The notes beneath the pieces were generated by a model, which made no database searches, was not told the origin of the DNA, and saw only the letters and a list, made by a program, of their open reading frames with translations. A stretch of DNA of 64,000 nt, from positions 96,001 through 160,000 of the forward strand of contig JBQLZK010000003.1 of assembly GCA_052168235.1 (NCBI GenBank). The letters run 5' to 3'. The translations under genes were made by a program, and so were the position numbers. This stretch comes from Thainema sp. Its GTDB lineage: Bacteria > Cyanobacteriota > Cyanobacteriia > Phormidesmidales > Phormidesmidaceae. Positions 59,808 to 64,000 of the stretch are shown here, one piece after another. The stretch's first letter is position 1, and each line of letters starts with the position of its first letter.

Positions 59808-60812
59808 CTAGAACGTCATTTCAGCAGCCTGGACTTTCTCGACCTGCTTCTTCTTCAGCACTAGCATAATCTGGGTCAGGGTTGCTGCGGCCAAAAAGGC
59901 AATCAAACCCTTGATGCGAGTAGAGCTTTGCAGCACGATTTCAACATCACGCTGACCAAAACCACCCACGTTCGGATCATCGTTTAGCGCTTGACCTGCC
60001 GTAACGGCATCACCTTCGGCCACAGTTAGCGCTAGACCAGCGGGCACCGTATCCACAACGGTGTCGCCTGCATCAGTTTGAATGGTGACTTCGTATCCAC
60101 CTGCTTCAACTGCCGAGATGTTGGAGATGGTACCTGCAGCGGATGCGTTGTAGACGGTGTTGTTGCTCTTTTCACCCGTCGGGTAAACTTGGCCCCGACC
60201 GCGGTTACCGCCGACGTGAATCTGGTACTTACCAAAGCTGATTCCCTTTTGGGTTGCTGGATCGGGAGACAGAACTGGGAAGACGATCTCTTGATACTGC
60301 TCACCGGGCAGTGGACCAACAATGATGATATTTTCTTGGTCTTCGCTGTAGGGCTGGAAGTAGAGGCGACCCACCTTTTCCTGCATTTCTTCGGGAATGC
60401 GATCGGCAGGTGCAATCTTGAAGCCTTCCGGCAGCATCACAACAGCACCGACGTTGAGGCCACCTTTGCTGCCATCACCCAAGACCTGCTGGGTATCGAG
60501 GTCATAAGGAATTTTGACTACGGCTTCAAACACAGAGTCAGGCAGTACCGCTTGAGGTACTTCAACCTGAGTCGGCATTTCACCGAGGTGGCAGTTCGCA
60601 CAAACGATTCGGCCCGTTGCTTCACGGGGGCTGTCATAGTTCTGCTGCGCCCAGAACGGATAAGCCGCAGCGGATTGAGGCGCGATCGCATCTCCAATGG
60701 TCAAGAACAGAACAGCAGCCAAAACTACCGCAATGCCCTTGGCGATGCTGCGAAAACTTGCGATCGCACTCGTCAGGACAAAATCACTTCTCATCAGTAA
60801 CACGCTTTTCAA
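59808..60812 (-). CDS. petA: Apocytochrome f
   Basis: YPFWAQ...[35 protein letters not shown]. Confidence 0.98.
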   Translation of the reverse strand: MKSVLLMRSDFVLTSAIASFRSIAKGIAVVLAAVLFLTIGDAIAPQSAAAYPFWAQQNYDSPREATGRIVCANCHLGEMPTQVEVPQAVLPDSVFEAVVKIPYDLDTQQVLGDGSKGGLNVGAVVMLPEGFKIAPADRIPEEMQEKVGRLYFQPYSEDQENIIIVGPLPGEQYQEIVFPVLSPDPATQKGISFGKYQIHVGGNRGRGQVYPTGEKSNNTVYNASAAGTISNISAVEAGGYEVTIQTDAGDTVVDTVPAGLALTVAEGDAVTAGQALNDDPNVGGFGQRDVEIVLQSSTRIKGLIAFLAAATLTQIMLVLKKKQVEKVQAAEMTF

Positions 60813-60892
60813 TAACTCAGGACTCGGGGTTCAAACGTCGAAATAACTTAGGCTGAAAACAAAAACCAAGGCTTAAAGCTTTGCAAGGTGGG

Positions 60893-61438
60893 CTATGACC
60901 ACCACGGATCATCGCCCGTACGGAAATCGGTCTCTGTCCAAGGTGTCAGTGCAATCGTGTCGTTCTCAGTGACAGTGGCATGAGCCAGCGCCAAGGAGAG
61001 AGGAGCGGGGCCGCGCACAACCTTACCTGTGTTGTCGTACTGAGAACCGTGGCAAGGACAGATAAACTTGTTTTCGTTGGCGTTCCAGGGCACAACACAG
61101 CCCAAGTGGGTGCAAACCGCGTTGATGCCATAATCCGCAATTCCACCCTCGTTGCTAACTACGATGTAGGTCGGATCGCCCTTGAGACCCTGAGCCAATG
61201 AGCGCTCACCGGGCTTACGCTTAGAGACAAACTCACTAGCGTTAATGTCCTTGCCCAATGCATCTTTAGCGAGGACACCACCACCTGCGGCACCACTGGA
61301 TGGCGGAATGAAATACTTAACCACGGGATAAAGCGCGCCGAGTGCTGTTCCTGTAGCTGCACCAAACGTCAACAAATTCATAAACTGACGGCGTCCCATG
61401 CTGGGCACATCCGCATTCCCGGAAGAAATTTGAGTCAT
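60893..61438 (-). CDS. petC: Cytochrome b6f Rieske iron-sulfur subunit
   Basis: Tat-like [33 protein letters not shown]. Confidence 0.98.
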   Translation of the reverse strand: MTQISSGNADVPSMGRRQFMNLLTFGAATGTALGALYPVVKYFIPPSSGAAGGGVLAKDALGKDINASEFVSKRKPGERSLAQGLKGDPTYIVVSNEGGIADYGINAVCTHLGCVVPWNANENKFICPCHGSQYDNTGKVVRGPAPLSLALAHATVTENDTIALTPWTETDFRTGDDPWWS

Positions 61439-62008
61439 AACTTAAGCTGTATGTAGGCGTTCAAAATGGAGACTACGATAACTGCTGCGCTCAAATTCAG
61501 ACTGCAACGTTTGAACGAAGCGGAGCGCTTAGATTCATCAGCTAACTCACTAAACTTAATGAAAAATCCAGAACGAAAATTCAGATTAAATTCATTAAAC
61601 TTTGAGCTAACCCAATCCGTATAAAGGTATCTGCTAAAGCAGTTTACAGTTTTCTGAGACCATTGTTACACAACATAAACACGATTCAACCTCAAGGTCG
61701 TTAGGAAATGTAGATTGTGAACCAGCTTTTCGCTTTCCGTTAAGAAATGTATCAATTTGCGCTTCGTCTCTTGGTTCCAAAAACTAACAAGATGGTTGCG
61801 ATAGGCATATTGGTTAGGACGTTTTTGTGGCACGGCGAAGCTGTGCCACAAAAACGTCCGTATCCTAACAGAGCTGACTACGGTTAAATCTGCGATCGCA
61901 GCATAACAAGCTGATGATTCGCGTTCTAGTTTTGCAACGTGCAAAATGGGGGTTAAACAAAGTAGTAGTTGCTGCAAATATTGCGATTTGGATGAGTGAC
62001 CTGAAACG

Positions 62009-62323
62009 ATGACTGGACAAGAACTACATGAACTACTGCTGACCAAGTGGGGCCGATCCTTTGGCATGCAGCTCCGACGCACCCAGGGCAAAATCTTTGT
62101 GCAGGTGATGTGGAAGTACTTAGAGCAAGCTTCGTTTCCCATGACCGAAGATGAATATCTTGCTCATCTAGATGCGATCGCAGCCTATCTCAATGCCTGG
62201 GGCGGTGCCGACCAAATTCGCACCTACATCCAAGAAACCCGAGAAAGCCCCCGCCTCGGCAAGGCAGTCAGTATCCCGCTTGACTTAGGCATTCGCGAAT
62301 CGGAATGGATTCTGGATGAATAA
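62009..62323 (+). CDS. DUF3067 family protein
   Basis: KWGRS, QVMWKYLEQASFP, PRLGKAVSIPL; usual neighbour of petC. Confidence 0.88.
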   Translation: MTGQELHELLLTKWGRSFGMQLRRTQGKIFVQVMWKYLEQASFPMTEDEYLAHLDAIAAYLNAWGGADQIRTYIQETRESPRLGKAVSIPLDLGIRESEWILDE

Positions 62324-62343
62324 CTCTAGAATCCTCGAAAAAC

Positions 62344-62374
62344 AATAAGAGCCGCGCCTAACGCGGCTCTTATT
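62344..62374. terminator. Hairpin between convergent genes
   Basis: AATAAGAGCCGCG-CCTAA-CGCGGCTCTTATT. Confidence 0.65.
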
Positions 62375-62398
62375 CGTTTAGAAAGACGGGAAAGACAG

Positions 62399-63196
62399 CT
62401 AGCGGCCAGCTAATTTGACCATGCCAGTGCCGCCAAAGTAGAGCAACAGCACCGCACCGCCGAGCAAACTTTGGGTAATCGGATCAGTGGATGGAGTTAA
62501 CACCGCACCAAGGACTGCCGCTCCCAGCAGAACAAAGCGCCACCCCTTCAGCATCTGCTCTGACGACACAATGCCCAGTAGCCCCAACAAAAGCTGAACG
62601 ATGGGAATTTGAAACGCCAATCCAGTACTGAACATGAGCAGCAGTACAAACTCAAAATAGCGATCAATTGACCAAAGCTGTTCTACCACATCAGCTCCAT
62701 AGCTGATGAAGAAATTCAATGCAGCTGGAATTAAGGCTAAATAAGCAAATCCTAAACCCACAAAAAAGAGCACGCTAGAGCCGAGTACAATCGGTGCAAT
62801 CAGACGTCGCTCTCGCCGAGTCAGTCCCGGTAAAACAAACTGAATAATTTGGTAGAGAATAAACGGGCTAGCCAAAAGTAAGCCACTGTAGGCAGCCACT
62901 TTGAGAGAGACAAAGAAAAATTCGCCGGGCGAAAGCTGCAAGAACTTGACGCCTTTGGCTGGCAGTTCCAGCAGCTCAACAATTGGGCGCACCACTGCAA
63001 AGCAACCAACCACGCATACAATCACCGCGATTAGTGAATAGAAAATGCGCCAGCGCAACTCCTCTAGATGATCAAACAACGACATTTCCACGTCGTCCGG
63101 TAGATCATCCAAATAATCTCTTTCATCGGAGTCAGATGGGTCATTTGCCTGGGACGGCTTGATTTGAGCGGTTTCCAACTCAGGGGGAGGCGTCAT
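62399..63196 (-). CDS. tatC: Twin-arginine translocase subunit TatC
   Basis: [31 protein letters not shown]. Confidence 0.96.
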   Translation of the reverse strand: MTPPPELETAQIKPSQANDPSDSDERDYLDDLPDDVEMSLFDHLEELRWRIFYSLIAVIVCVVGCFAVVRPIVELLELPAKGVKFLQLSPGEFFFVSLKVAAYSGLLLASPFILYQIIQFVLPGLTRRERRLIAPIVLGSSVLFFVGLGFAYLALIPAALNFFISYGADVVEQLWSIDRYFEFVLLLMFSTGLAFQIPIVQLLLGLLGIVSSEQMLKGWRFVLLGAAVLGAVLTPSTDPITQSLLGGAVLLLYFGGTGMVKLAGR

Positions 63197-63308
63197 ACGC
63201 TAACGGTTGCTCTCCGGTTTAAATGAACGATGATTCTGTGTGCTTTAACCTATTGTATCGGTTGCTTCATGAATGCTCGAACCGAGACGATAACTTTAGG
63301 CTCTGGAA

Positions 63309-64000
63309 TTAGTTATTGGGTATCTCAAATGTGTTGGAATTCGTAGTCTTGCGAGCAGTGTACTGTTCCACCTTGGCCGCAATGTCTGAATTGTAGAGCC
63401 GTAGATAGTTCCAGTAGCCACCGAAGACGGAGCGCACATAATTTTTGGTTTCTGGAAACGGAATCTGCTGGGCAAATTCATCGGCATTTTTGAAATTGTC
63501 TCGCGTAATCCAGTCAGCCACGTTACCAGGGCCAGCGTTGTAGCTAGCGACAGCATAGAGCGAATTATCACCGTATTCTTGGTGGGTGTAGCTCAAATAC
63601 CAGGTTCCCAGCTTAATATTGTCAGCCGGATTCCCCAGATTGTATTCCCCAGCGCCAATGTTTTGATCAATCCAAGCTGCCGTATCGGGCATCACCTGCA
63701 TCAGCCCTTTTGCGCCTACAACCGACTCAATTTGTGTTTCAAAGCGGGATTCCTGACGGATCAACGCCGTCACCAACATGGGATTGAGATCGCGCTCGGC
63801 TGACCAGGTTTGAATCAGGTTTTGAAAAGGAAAAGGATACAAGGCTTGCCAGTAAGCATCCTGCTTCGCTAAGGTTTTGTACTGTTCAATTTCCTCTGGT
63901 TTTTCGCGCCATTCCAGGCTAGAAACCATGAAGATGCCGTCTAGGTTGTCGCCAACGCCCAGACGCATTAAACCATCGGTGAACTGCTCCGCGACCGTCG
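63309..64000 (-). CDS. Soluble lytic transglycosylase (SLT domain), C-terminal part; 5' end lies outside the window
   Basis: LIRQESRF, GLMQVMP.TA, ASYNAGPG, IPFPETKNYV. Confidence 0.92.
   Translation of the reverse strand, partial: TVAEQFTDGLMRLGVGDNLDGIFMVSSLEWREKPEEIEQYKTLAKQDAYWQALYPFPFQNLIQTWSAERDLNPMLVTALIRQESRFETQIESVVGAKGLMQVMPDTAAWIDQNIGAGEYNLGNPADNIKLGTWYLSYTHQEYGDNSLYAVASYNAGPGNVADWITRDNFKNADEFAQQIPFPETKNYVRSVFGGYWNYLRLYNSDIAAKVEQYTARKTTNSNTFEIPNN

Noticed and set aside
61439..62008. 158-aa ORF at 61666-62142 or an ncRNA upstream of petC
   Set aside because: The ORF overlaps DUF3067 on the opposite strand and has no motifs; the region is adequately explained as a divergent promoter region
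1..64000. High frequency of GCGATCGC
   Set aside because: This is HIP1, ordinary for cyanobacteria; only the clustered pairs at cassette junctions are reported
1..64000. Many short ORFs antisense to or nested in long genes
   Set aside because: Shadow ORFs of well-supported genes with no recognisable motifs

Overview
Cyanobacterial chromosome segment, judged from abundant HIP1 GCGATCGC sites, petC-petA, zds, rpoZ and a group 2 sigma factor; NiSOD, trehalase and an osmoprotectant permease would fit a marine or saline strain (inference). Most of the window is housekeeping or ordinary accessory genes. The main point of interest is a 12-kb minus-strand island (26.5-38.8 kb) that carries all four parts of a PbeABCD-like, phosphorothioation-associated defence module: a PLD+SF2 helicase, a small protein, an SMC/Rad50-like CxC ATPase and dnd-associated protein 4. 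No dndBCDE genes are present in the window. Instead, the 7-deazaguanine genes queD-queE sit in operon-like contact inside the module. The module is split by about 5.5 kb of cargo bounded by HIP1 and REP repeats. The cargo includes a small gene with a candidate cis-antisense RNA, a Uma2 nuclease, an ATPase plus TPR gene pair and a 21-nt heptad array. Other observations: a PirA-like fusion gene with an NtcA box, a CsoR/InrS-type operator upstream of sodN-sodX, two MITEs, GTAG-type REP repeats, a dual-GAF cyanobacteriochrome kinase and a tandem paralog pair beside PBP1A. All family calls come from motif recognition by eye; no searches were run.
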